Source of the DNA: Bacilli bacterium
GTDB lineage: Bacteria > Bacillota_I > Bacilli_A > RFN20 > CAG-826
NCBI GenBank assembly: GCA_045114745.1
Contig: JBGULD010000049.1
Location: 22,860 to 86,859, forward strand
Direction of reading: 5' to 3'
Length of the DNA stretch: 64,000 nucleotides
A program made the translations under genes and the position numbers. Of the stretch, positions 1-8,531 are shown piece by piece (position 1 is the stretch's first letter; each line of letters opens with the position of its first letter). The notes under the pieces were generated by a model, which ran no database searches, was not told where the DNA came from, and saw only the letters and a list, made by a program, of their open reading frames with translations.

Positions 1-1
1 T

Positions 2-142
2 CCAATTCCAATGATGAAGATTGCCATCCAAGAAGCGGAAGAAGAAGAGAAGATGAAACTCGCTCAAAAAGAAGAAACAAAAACTCCAGAAGAAACTCCT
101 GAAGTTGTTGAATCTAAAACTGAAAAAGAAATGAAAGATTAA
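2..142 (+). CDS. 3' end of an unidentified gene entering from the left edge (Glu/Lys-rich tail)
   Basis: Frame is open from the window edge to TAA at 140-142. Too short to appear in the ORF track, and no family is recognisable. Confidence 0.3.
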   Translation, partial: PIPMMKIAIQEAEEEEKMKLAQKEETKTPEETPEVVESKTEKEMKD

Positions 143-780
143 TCTAATAGATTAAATAATATACGACCAAGGCGCACATGAGTGGCGCCTTCTTTTATAG
201 CGTCAAGGTAATCTTCGCTCATCCCCATTGAAAGATAAGGAAGTTTGATATTTAATTTTTCTTCCATCTCATCTCTTAATAAGCGAAGTTTTTTGAATTG
301 TTCACATAGTGACTCATCGTTGCTACTACGGATGGCCATCATCATTAAACCGACAACTTGAACATTAGGAAACTTCTCTAACTCTTTTAAGAATGTTTCT
401 AATTCAAAATAGGGCACTCCGTTCTTGTTTTCTTCTAAATTGATTGAGACTTCAACAAAGCATTTTAAAGGGCTTAGACGGTGCATATTGATTAATTCAG
501 CGAGTTTTAAGGAGTCAAGTGATTCTAGATAATCAATTTTATCAATGACTTCTAACGCTTTGTTTCTTTGTAGATGTCCGATAAAGTGCCAGATGACGCC
601 TTTATCTTTTAAGGCTTCATATTTATGAAGAAAAGAATCGACGCGGTTTTCTCCAATGTTATTAATACCCGCATCTAAAAGAGTGGCGACATCAATAGCG
701 TCAACATATTTACTAGCGGCGACAATCGTCACATCGCCAGGAATACTTTTTACAAATTCTTTTATATCTTTTCTAACCAT
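139..780 (-). CDS. yggS: YggS/YlmE-family pyridoxal-phosphate homeostasis protein
   Basis: 213 aa with AASKY, IGENRV and WHFIGHLQRNK signatures typical of the family. Confidence 0.85.
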   Translation of the reverse strand: MVRKDIKEFVKSIPGDVTIVAASKYVDAIDVATLLDAGINNIGENRVDSFLHKYEALKDKGVIWHFIGHLQRNKALEVIDKIDYLESLDSLKLAELINMHRLSPLKCFVEVSINLEENKNGVPYFELETFLKELEKFPNVQVVGLMMMAIRSSNDESLCEQFKKLRLLRDEMEEKLNIKLPYLSMGMSEDYLDAIKEGATHVRLGRILFNLLD

Positions 781-781
781 C

Positions 782-2278
782 TTATTTCACTTTAGTGACG
801 GTGATTGTAATGGAGTCTTCAGTAATCTCTCCAAAATAGATTTCATATGGGAATTCTTCCCCATTATCCATTGTGGATTGTATTTTAGCTTGTTTATTTA
901 AGAAGTGGCTATATTTTTCAAATGTGAAGACATCGCCTTCTTTAAATAAGTCAGTTGTACTCAAGGCGTGATTTCTGGAATCTTTCTTGGCAAAGGTGAA
1001 ATCACCTTTCTTTTGAACGATAGAAAGGAGTGGATGATCTTTTAATTGTTCAATGCCACCTTCATAATCTCTCCAGTTGGAGCAGTTATTAGCGCCTCTG
1101 GTGATGTATTTATATTTAGCGCAATCTTCGACAGAATTGATTTCTTGTTCTTCGAGATTGTCTACTATAAGTAGTTCTTGATTATATGGATCGGTTTTGT
1201 CACTTCCATACGCTCTGGCATCGACGTGATACATTCTGACACCAGGATCACTACCTATTTTGCCAGTATATTTTTTCCAGTCTTTTTCGTTATTACCAAA
1301 TGGTGCGAATAATTCTATTAAGAAATATTCGTCAAAAGCGGAACCATTCCATGTATCATAATTAGCAGGGATGATCAAACAATCGCCATTTAAGGAAGCT
1401 GCTTTTAAGGTAATTTTGGTTTTCTTTTCACTTCCATCAATGACATATGGATTGACCCAACCAGTTGTTAATTTGGAAAATGAATTCCAGTCAAAGACGT
1501 TATGGGATTGCATATCTAGTTGTCCGATATAATCAATTGGACTTTGTCCATTGTCACTATAATCGTAATAATCATCTAGTCCAAAGATATGTCCTTGTTC
1601 ATGAATCGCTGTAATCGCATTAGTAACAAATGCGGTTCCACTCATGGAATAGACATTGACCATAGGTCTCTCGATAGTGCCTTTACGATTAGTCCAGAAC
1701 ATGTGAGGCCAAAGATTGGTATTCCATTCTTGACTGCAATAATCGGTAATGAAATGGATGTTATCGATACAACCATCTTGATTTAAATCATATTCTTGCC
1801 AGTTGATATTTGTCGCGGTGTCATGGAGCCAATTAAGAGCATCATCCATCAAATCGCGAAGTCTTTCCATACTTCCGTCATTTAAAATTGTGGAAACGGA
1901 AAGTGTCGTATTCTGATAAATATCAGAAACCATACCGGTGATTCTTAGTTTGTTAAAAGAAGCAGTGCGATAATACGCTGCGAGAGAATTGGTCTCACCA
2001 AAATAATATTTATTAACATCAGAAATCTTCTTTTCGGTCCATGGTTGAATGGATTCTTGATGACCAGAGGCTGTTGAACCCGCAAAAGTGATGGGAACTA
2101 CAAGTAGTTTGACATCGCCTAATGCTGGGGCATAAGCATTTTTTAAATCCTGAGATAATATGGTCATTTTCTCAGCTTGGACATACCCCTTTGGTCCTTT
2201 TTGTTGGTTACAAGATGTAACCGTTAAGGAGATTAAGGGAATTAAGATTTTAATCGCAGTATATTTCATAATCATCAC
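782..2278 (-). CDS. Lipoprotein with an HExxH zinc-metallopeptidase core (M6/InhA-like assignment is tentative)
   Basis: Signal peptide with a Cys lipobox (LTVTSC). HEQGHIFGLDDYYDY motif. Paralogous to 12122-14272 (shared FDEY.L.EL.AP.G and HVDAR blocks). Confidence 0.6.
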   Translation of the reverse strand: MMIMKYTAIKILIPLISLTVTSCNQQKGPKGYVQAEKMTILSQDLKNAYAPALGDVKLLVVPITFAGSTASGHQESIQPWTEKKISDVNKYYFGETNSLAAYYRTASFNKLRITGMVSDIYQNTTLSVSTILNDGSMERLRDLMDDALNWLHDTATNINWQEYDLNQDGCIDNIHFITDYCSQEWNTNLWPHMFWTNRKGTIERPMVNVYSMSGTAFVTNAITAIHEQGHIFGLDDYYDYSDNGQSPIDYIGQLDMQSHNVFDWNSFSKLTTGWVNPYVIDGSEKKTKITLKAASLNGDCLIIPANYDTWNGSAFDEYFLIELFAPFGNNEKDWKKYTGKIGSDPGVRMYHVDARAYGSDKTDPYNQELLIVDNLEEQEINSVEDCAKYKYITRGANNCSNWRDYEGGIEQLKDHPLLSIVQKKGDFTFAKKDSRNHALSTTDLFKEGDVFTFEKYSHFLNKQAKIQSTMDNGEEFPYEIYFGEITEDSITITVTKVK

Positions 2279-2362
2279 CTAGTTAGCAAATATCATACCA
2301 CAAGAATATGAAATAACACTCAACGAGTTTTATTTTTTATAAAAAAAGTATATATTTGTATC

Positions 2363-2983
2363 ATGATTAAATTTGATCCCATCATCTTTGAAGAAGCGGA
2401 ACAAGCTAAGAAAGTGTTATATAATCACGGCGTGATTGCTTTTCCTACGGAAACTGTTATGGGTTTAGGCGTCTTATATAATGATTTTGAAGCTTATAGT
2501 AAACTCAATAGAATCAAAGGAAGACCAGAAGATAAACCATATACTTTAATGCTTAAAAGCATTGATGATATTAGTAAATATGGAATAATTAATGAAGCCA
2601 CTCAAAGAGTGATTGACGCTTTTATGCCTGGTTCATTAACTATTCTCGTGCCTGTAAAAGAGAACTCAGTGCCTGGATATGTCACGCATAACACAAGTGT
2701 TATAGGTATGAGAGTACCCACAAATATTGAAGCGGAACACGTTCTCATGCAAGCTGAACTCCCTTTATTAGTCCCTTCGGCAAATAAAAGTGGTCAAAAA
2801 CCAGCATTAACATCAATGGAAGTTAAAGAAACATTTGGTGATGAGGTGGATTTTATCGTCTCAGGTATGGCAAAAAGCGCTGTTCCATCGACCATTGTGG
2901 ACCTCACAAAAGAGACTCCAAAAGTGGTTAGACAAGGGCCAATTTCCGAGGAAGAAATCATCAGAGTGTATAAAGGCAAATAA
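2363..2983 (+). CDS. tsaC: L-threonylcarbamoyladenylate synthase, YrdC/TsaC type
   Basis: 206 aa with FPTETVMGLG, KGRPEDKP and PSANKSG motifs. Confidence 0.8.
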   Translation: MIKFDPIIFEEAEQAKKVLYNHGVIAFPTETVMGLGVLYNDFEAYSKLNRIKGRPEDKPYTLMLKSIDDISKYGIINEATQRVIDAFMPGSLTILVPVKENSVPGYVTHNTSVIGMRVPTNIEAEHVLMQAELPLLVPSANKSGQKPALTSMEVKETFGDEVDFIVSGMAKSAVPSTIVDLTKETPKVVRQGPISEEEIIRVYKGK

Positions 2984-3019
2984 AAACGTTAACCTACGCA
3001 ATTTAACTAAGTTAATAAA

Positions 3020-3048
3020 TACTAAAAATATACTAATAAATAACTAGA
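3020..3048 (+). repeat. 11-bp-phased heptamer array (a): TACTAAA-N4-TACTAAT-N4-AACTAGA
   Basis: Heptamers start at 3020, 3031 and 3042. Preceded by the hairpin TTAAC-taa-GTTAA (3003-3015). The array ends just before the RBS of the 3062 gene. Confidence 0.6.
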
Positions 3049-3061
3049 AAGGAAAGACAAT

Positions 3062-3970
3062 ATGGACAGTTTAAAGTCATTGATGGATCGCAAAGATTAT
3101 GAGCTCGTTATCAAACTTACAAACGACACTCAGGACATGAATTATCTCTTCTATCGCATCTCGGCTTTTTTGGCGCTTGGTAAAGGCGAGGAAGCTTTAG
3201 CGGTTATTAAAAATAATCGTCAAATCCTTGAAGGCGATCTTTCCTTACTCATGAAAATTCATATTGAAATCCTCTGCTTGCTCAATAACTTCGATGAAGC
3301 GTATGAAGAAGCTAAATATTACGAGAATCTTCCTTATGTGAATCAGCAATGTGAGGAGATTATTCGTGAACTTCCTAATTTAATTAGGACAGAAGAGAAA
3401 AAGTCTCTTGCATCACGCGAACTAAGTAACGAGAAACTAAAAGAGAGATTGAAATCTCAAGATCAAAATGTCGTTCTTCCCGCTTTAGATATGGTCAGAG
3501 ACCGTGACATCAATATGTTCTTGAATGAAATTCAAAATATCATGTTGAAGTTCCCCAAACAATCAATCCGCTCCTTTGCCTTACTCCTATTAGTGCAAAA
3601 AGGTGTGAATAAAGAAGTTGAATTTAACCATATCGGAAAGATCATTGTTGTTAACCCAAGTAAACTTGAACCTCCATTTATCGGTCAAGAAATTAACGAC
3701 TTCTTAAGAGCGATGTCTTTAGAATTCAAAAACCCTGCCCTTAATGAAGATGCAGTGCAGATTCTTAGTTCATATATTATTTATATGTACCCAGAGAAAC
3801 TGGAAATTAACTATGGAGTTCTCCTTGAAGCATTAAGAAGTATTTCCGAGGAATACTTACAAATCGATAATCCCGAGCCATTAAGTCAAAGATGTCAAAA
3901 TCGTAACATCGATTTGAAGCAAGTTGAAGAATTAATTCAGAGAATTAAAGATAGTCTTAATGACTTCTAG
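3062..3970 (+). CDS. Hypothetical helical-repeat (TPR-like) protein
   Basis: 302-aa ORF with an RBS (aaaggaaag). No catalytic motif recognised. Confidence 0.5.
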   Translation: MDSLKSLMDRKDYELVIKLTNDTQDMNYLFYRISAFLALGKGEEALAVIKNNRQILEGDLSLLMKIHIEILCLLNNFDEAYEEAKYYENLPYVNQQCEEIIRELPNLIRTEEKKSLASRELSNEKLKERLKSQDQNVVLPALDMVRDRDINMFLNEIQNIMLKFPKQSIRSFALLLLVQKGVNKEVEFNHIGKIIVVNPSKLEPPFIGQEINDFLRAMSLEFKNPALNEDAVQILSSYIIYMYPEKLEINYGVLLEALRSISEEYLQIDNPEPLSQRCQNRNIDLKQVEELIQRIKDSLNDF

Positions 3971-3992
3971 ACGAATAAAAACAAGAAAAAAA

Positions 3993-4016
3993 GTGCGCTC
4001 TTAGGAGCGTTTTTCT
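3993..4016 (+). terminator. Rho-independent terminator
   Basis: GCGCTC-ttag-GAGCGT hairpin followed by a T-run. Confidence 0.6.
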
Positions 4017-4076
4017 TGTGAGAAAATATAAACTTGTTTATAATCAATAACGCATATTATTTGGAGGCATATAAAT

Positions 4077-5351
4077 ATGGAAAGAAAAGTTACTAAACTC
4101 GAACATTCTCATGTTCAAGTCGATGTTGTTGTCGATGAAAAAACATGGAAGGGTGCTCAAGAAAAAGCCTTTAACAAATTAGCGGAGAACGTCACAATCG
4201 ATGGCTTCCGTAAAGGAAAGGCTCCAAAAAATCTCGTCAAATCAAGAATTGACCCCATGAAGGTTTTGGATGAAGCAATCAATGCTTTATTACCAACCAT
4301 TTATCAAGAAATCTTAGAGAAAGATGGCATCAGACCATATGCGCGTCCAGCAGTGGATGTTACTAAAGTAAGTGACACCGAATTAGAAATTAAATTCATG
4401 CTCGTCGTCGCTCCAAAAATCAAGCTTGGTAAATACAAAGGTTTAGAAATCGGCAAAGGTGAAGTCAAAGTTACCAAGAAAGACATCGAAGAAGCTTTAG
4501 AAGGTGCTCGTAAAGATAACGCGACATTAGTCGTTAAAGAAAACGAAGCGGCTTTAGGTGATACCGTTGTCATGGACTTTGTTGGTAAAGTCAATGGTGA
4601 AGCCTTTGAAGGCGGCAGTGCGGAAAACTATGAATTAGAATTAGGTTCACATCAATTCATTCCTGGTTTTGAAGAACAATTAGTCGGTCACAAAGCCGGT
4701 GAACAAGTTGACGTCAATGTCAAGTTCCCAGAAAACTACACCGAAGAATTAAAGGGCAAAGATGCGGTCTTTGCTTGTACAATTCACGAAGTGAAAGAAA
4801 AGAAATTACCAGAACTCAACGATGAATTCGTCAAAGAACTCAAGATCGAAGGTATCGACAACGTCGAAGCTTTTAGAGCGAGAAAAGAAGAAGATATCAG
4901 AAGACTTAAAGAAAACGAAGCTCGTAGAGAATATATGCAAAAGCTCGTTGCCGCTATTGCTAAAGACTCCAAAGTCGACTTAGCGGAAGAAATCGTGCAA
5001 AACCAAGTCGAATCTAGAAAAGCTGATATGGTCAAACAAATCGAACAAAACGGTTTGAAACTTGAACAATATTTACAAATCTTAGGTCAAAGTGAAGAAC
5101 AATTTGAACTTCAACTTCACGAGCAAGCCTTAAAAGAAACAACTGAATACCTCGTTTTAGAAGAAATCGGCAAAGCCGAAGGTATTGAAATTACCGATGC
5201 TGACTTAGAATTCGAATTTGCCAAAATCGCGGATCAATACAAGATGACAATTGATCAAGTGAAATCCGCTTTAAGCAATAATCTTGAAGAATTCCGTCAC
5301 AACATCAAGATGCAACGCATCGATGACTTATTATACAATTCAAACAACTAA
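4077..5351 (+). CDS. tig: Trigger factor
   Basis: 424 aa with GFRKGKAP and FIPGFEEQL motifs, and tig-lon-engB synteny. Confidence 0.95.
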   Translation: MERKVTKLEHSHVQVDVVVDEKTWKGAQEKAFNKLAENVTIDGFRKGKAPKNLVKSRIDPMKVLDEAINALLPTIYQEILEKDGIRPYARPAVDVTKVSDTELEIKFMLVVAPKIKLGKYKGLEIGKGEVKVTKKDIEEALEGARKDNATLVVKENEAALGDTVVMDFVGKVNGEAFEGGSAENYELELGSHQFIPGFEEQLVGHKAGEQVDVNVKFPENYTEELKGKDAVFACTIHEVKEKKLPELNDEFVKELKIEGIDNVEAFRARKEEDIRRLKENEARREYMQKLVAAIAKDSKVDLAEEIVQNQVESRKADMVKQIEQNGLKLEQYLQILGQSEEQFELQLHEQALKETTEYLVLEEIGKAEGIEITDADLEFEFAKIADQYKMTIDQVKSALSNNLEEFRHNIKMQRIDDLLYNSNN

Positions 5352-5379
5352 CTTATTATAAGTTAAAGGAGGATGACTT

Positions 5380-7704
5380 ATGGCAAATAAACCACAAGCA
5401 TTAACACTTCCTCTTCTCATCACACGCGCTTTAGTGGTCTTTCCAAACACTCAGCAAGTGATTGAAGCAGGAAGAGACTTCTCCATCTCTGCAGTGACCG
5501 CATCTAAAAATGAATGCGACTCACTCATTTTGGTGACATGTCAAAAACATTTGAGCACAGAAAATCCAACTGGCGAGGATGTTTTCGAAGAGGGCGTTTT
5601 ATGTCACATTATCTCCGTCTCTGAACGCGATAACCGCTTAAAAGTGAGACTTGAAGTTGTCGAGAGAGTAAAACTCTCCGATGTGAGATTTGAAGAAAAC
5701 GCCGGATATTATTCCGCGATTGGTGGTATGGATCCTCTTCCATCCATCTCTCCTGTGGAAAATGAAGCCATCATTAAGGCTGTTAATAAGGCCATTGAAG
5801 GTGTTCCTAATGTCTTTTCCGCGATGCCGAAAAACATCGCTAATATCGTCTTAAAAAGCCAAAGCGCAATTGCGGTGTGCTTTAACTTAGTTTCTTATTT
5901 AGAAGCACCTACCGACACCAAACAAAAAATCTTGGAAAGCAAAGATGCCAATTCTTTGATGGAACAAGTTTTAATATTATTAAACGGTGAAAGTCAACGC
6001 AACCAAATCGAAAGAGACATCTCTGAAACAGTCAGAGAAAGCGCTGAGAAATCACAAAGAGAATATTTCTTACGTGAAAAGCTCAAGGCTATTAAACATG
6101 AACTAGGCGAAGATGCTGGTGGCGCAAATGATCCAGATTCTATTTTAGAAAAACTAGAAAAGAATCCTTACCCAGAAAACGTCAAAGCCAAAGTCAAAGC
6201 GGAACTCAAGAAATATGAAATGATGCCTCAAGGTTCTTTAGAGGCCGCTTTAATACAGAGCTATCTCGATGTCTTATTAAATGTCCCGTGGTGGCAAAAG
6301 ACCGAAGATAATGATTCTTTAGAAAATGTCGAAAAGATATTAGATGAAGACCATTATGGATTAGAAAATCCAAAGAAGAGAATTATCGAATATTTAGCAG
6401 TTAAGAAATTAACTGGTAATTTAAAATCTCCTATTTTATGTTTCTATGGTCCTCCAGGAACTGGTAAGACTTCCTTAGGAAAATCCATCGCTAGAGCGTT
6501 AGGAAGAAAATTCTTCAAAGCCTCATTGGGCGGTATTTCTGATGAAGCGGAAATCCGTGGACATAGAAGAACATATGTCGGTTCCTTACCTGGAAGAATT
6601 ATTCAAGGCATGAGAAAAGCAGGTGTCAATAACCCCGTCTTCTTACTCGATGAAGTCGATAAACTCGCTAGTAGCTATAAAGGCGATCCCGCTAGTGCGC
6701 TATTAGAAGTTTTAGACCCTGAACAAAATTATCAATTTAATGATAATTACTTAGAAGAACCGTACGATTTAAGCGATGTCTTATTTATTTGTACTGCAAA
6801 CTATCTAGAAAACATTCCTGGTCCATTAAGAGATAGACTTGAATTAATTCAATTATCTTCTTATACAGAACTTGAAAAAGTACAAATCGCTAAAGGTCAT
6901 TTAGTGAAGAAACAACTCGAATTAAATGGTTTGCAAAAGAAGCAAGCTTCTTTCAGTGATGAAGCCATCAAACTCATCATCCGCAGCTACACGAGAGAAT
7001 CTGGTGTTCGTGAACTCGAAAGAAAGATTGCCTCTTGCTTAAGAAAAGTCGCGGTTGCGATCGTCAAAGATCCATCTATCAAAACCATCAAGATTGATGA
7101 GAAGAAAGTTAGAGAATATTTAGGCGTCGCTCCATTTGAAGATAGCAAGAAAGAACAAGAACCACAAATCGGTGTGGTAACTGGTTTAGCCTATACCGAA
7201 TTCGGTGGAGATATCCTTCCGATTGAAGTAAATTACTTCAAAGGAAAAGGCATGCTCGTATTAACTGGTAACTTAGGCGATGTCATGAAAGAAAGCTGTT
7301 CTATCGCCTTAGACTATGTCAAATCTAATGCTGAAAAGTTCGGTATTGATTCATCGCTATTTCAAGATAACGATATTCACATCCACGTGCCAGAAGGCGC
7401 CGTTCCAAAAGATGGCCCAAGTGCGGGCGTGGCTATTACCACAGCGATTGTCTCTTGTTTATCGAAAAAACCAGTCAGCCCTGATGTGGCGATGACCGGT
7501 GAAGTGACATTACGTGGTAACGCATTACCAATCGGTGGATTAAGAGAGAAATCTTTAGCCGCTTTAAGAAGTGGTATCAAGACCATCATTGTTCCAAAGG
7601 AGAACAAGAAAGATGTCGATGAGCTTCCAAAGGAAGTTAAAGAATCCTTGAAGATTGAATTCATGACCACTGCAGATGATGCAATTAAAATCGCTTTAGT
7701 GTAA
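5380..7704 (+). CDS. lon: ATP-dependent Lon protease (LonA)
   Basis: 774 aa with Walker A GPPGTGKTS and the protease motif PKDGPSAG. Confidence 0.95.
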   Translation: MANKPQALTLPLLITRALVVFPNTQQVIEAGRDFSISAVTASKNECDSLILVTCQKHLSTENPTGEDVFEEGVLCHIISVSERDNRLKVRLEVVERVKLSDVRFEENAGYYSAIGGMDPLPSISPVENEAIIKAVNKAIEGVPNVFSAMPKNIANIVLKSQSAIAVCFNLVSYLEAPTDTKQKILESKDANSLMEQVLILLNGESQRNQIERDISETVRESAEKSQREYFLREKLKAIKHELGEDAGGANDPDSILEKLEKNPYPENVKAKVKAELKKYEMMPQGSLEAALIQSYLDVLLNVPWWQKTEDNDSLENVEKILDEDHYGLENPKKRIIEYLAVKKLTGNLKSPILCFYGPPGTGKTSLGKSIARALGRKFFKASLGGISDEAEIRGHRRTYVGSLPGRIIQGMRKAGVNNPVFLLDEVDKLASSYKGDPASALLEVLDPEQNYQFNDNYLEEPYDLSDVLFICTANYLENIPGPLRDRLELIQLSSYTELEKVQIAKGHLVKKQLELNGLQKKQASFSDEAIKLIIRSYTRESGVRELERKIASCLRKVAVAIVKDPSIKTIKIDEKKVREYLGVAPFEDSKKEQEPQIGVVTGLAYTEFGGDILPIEVNYFKGKGMLVLTGNLGDVMKESCSIALDYVKSNAEKFGIDSSLFQDNDIHIHVPEGAVPKDGPSAGVAITTAIVSCLSKKPVSPDVAMTGEVTLRGNALPIGGLREKSLAALRSGIKTIIVPKENKKDVDELPKEVKESLKIEFMTTADDAIKIALV

Positions 7705-7706
7705 GA

Positions 7707-8282
7707 ATGATTAACTATAAAAATTCCACATTTATCAAATCGACACCCAGCGTCAAAGAAAGACCTCTGGATCAACTTCCAGAGGTTTTGATAGTGGGTA
7801 AATCCAATGTTGGAAAGTCTTCTTTGATTAATTCGTTATGTCAGAGAAAAGGCTTGGCATTTACTTCTAGTAAACCAGGTCATACGAGATTGCTTAATTA
7901 TTACAATATCGATAATAAGTTTTTCCTCGTGGACGCTCCAGGATATGGATTTGCTAGAGGTGGAATTGATTTAGACCGTTTGTTTGGGACAATGATGGAA
8001 GAATATTTTGTTGATAACAAGTATTTAAAATTAGTCCTTTTATTAGTGGATTCTCGTAGAGAATTCTCGGATAACGATTTGGAAATTTTGAATTATTTAA
8101 TTGAAAATCAAATCTCTTATTTCATCATCATAACCAAAACCGATAAGATCAATCAAAAAGGTCGTTCTGAATTAAATAAACGTTTGAAGAGTTTAGGGGT
8201 AATGGAAAATATTTATTACACCTCCTCTTTAGAACAAAAGACTTTGGATAAATTAAGAAGCGATATTGACCTATATATTTAA
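7707..8282 (+). CDS. engB: Ribosome-biogenesis GTPase EngB/YsxC
   Basis: GKSNVGKSSLIN P-loop, DAPGYG, and a position directly after lon. Confidence 0.9.
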   Translation: MINYKNSTFIKSTPSVKERPLDQLPEVLIVGKSNVGKSSLINSLCQRKGLAFTSSKPGHTRLLNYYNIDNKFFLVDAPGYGFARGGIDLDRLFGTMMEEYFVDNKYLKLVLLLVDSRREFSDNDLEILNYLIENQISYFIIITKTDKINQKGRSELNKRLKSLGVMENIYYTSSLEQKTLDKLRSDIDLYI

Positions 8283-8284
8283 GG

Positions 8285-8312
8285 ATGACATTTTCAAAAA
8301 TATAGGTATAAT
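8285..8312 (+). promoter_or_regulatory. Sigma-70-type promoter of the valS leader
   Basis: ATGACA (8285-8290), 16-nt spacer, TATAAT (8307-8312). Confidence 0.5.
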
Positions 8313-8324
8313 ATTTTTAGCCGA

Positions 8325-8518
8325 TGAAAAAGAGGAGTAACTAATCCCCTTTATCATAGAGAGTCGAGGATGGTGGAAGCTCGATATAAAGAATTAGTGA
8401 AGGTCGCTTTGGAGGATAGCTACCTAGCGAAAATAGGTTAATGAAGTGCGCTAGCAAATAGCGAACTAAGGTGGTACCGCGCGTTAAGCGTCCTTAGACG
8501 AGGACGTTTTTATTTTTT
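8325..8518 (+). promoter_or_regulatory. T-box riboswitch leader (probable Val specifier GUC)
   Basis: AGAGAG stem-I motif. AGTGA followed by GGTC in the specifier region. Conserved T-box AAGGTGGTACCGCG at 8469-8482. Terminator CGTCCT...AGGACG plus T-run at 8489-8515. Lies directly upstream of valS. Confidence 0.8.
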
Positions 8519-8531
8519 AGGAGGAATTCTT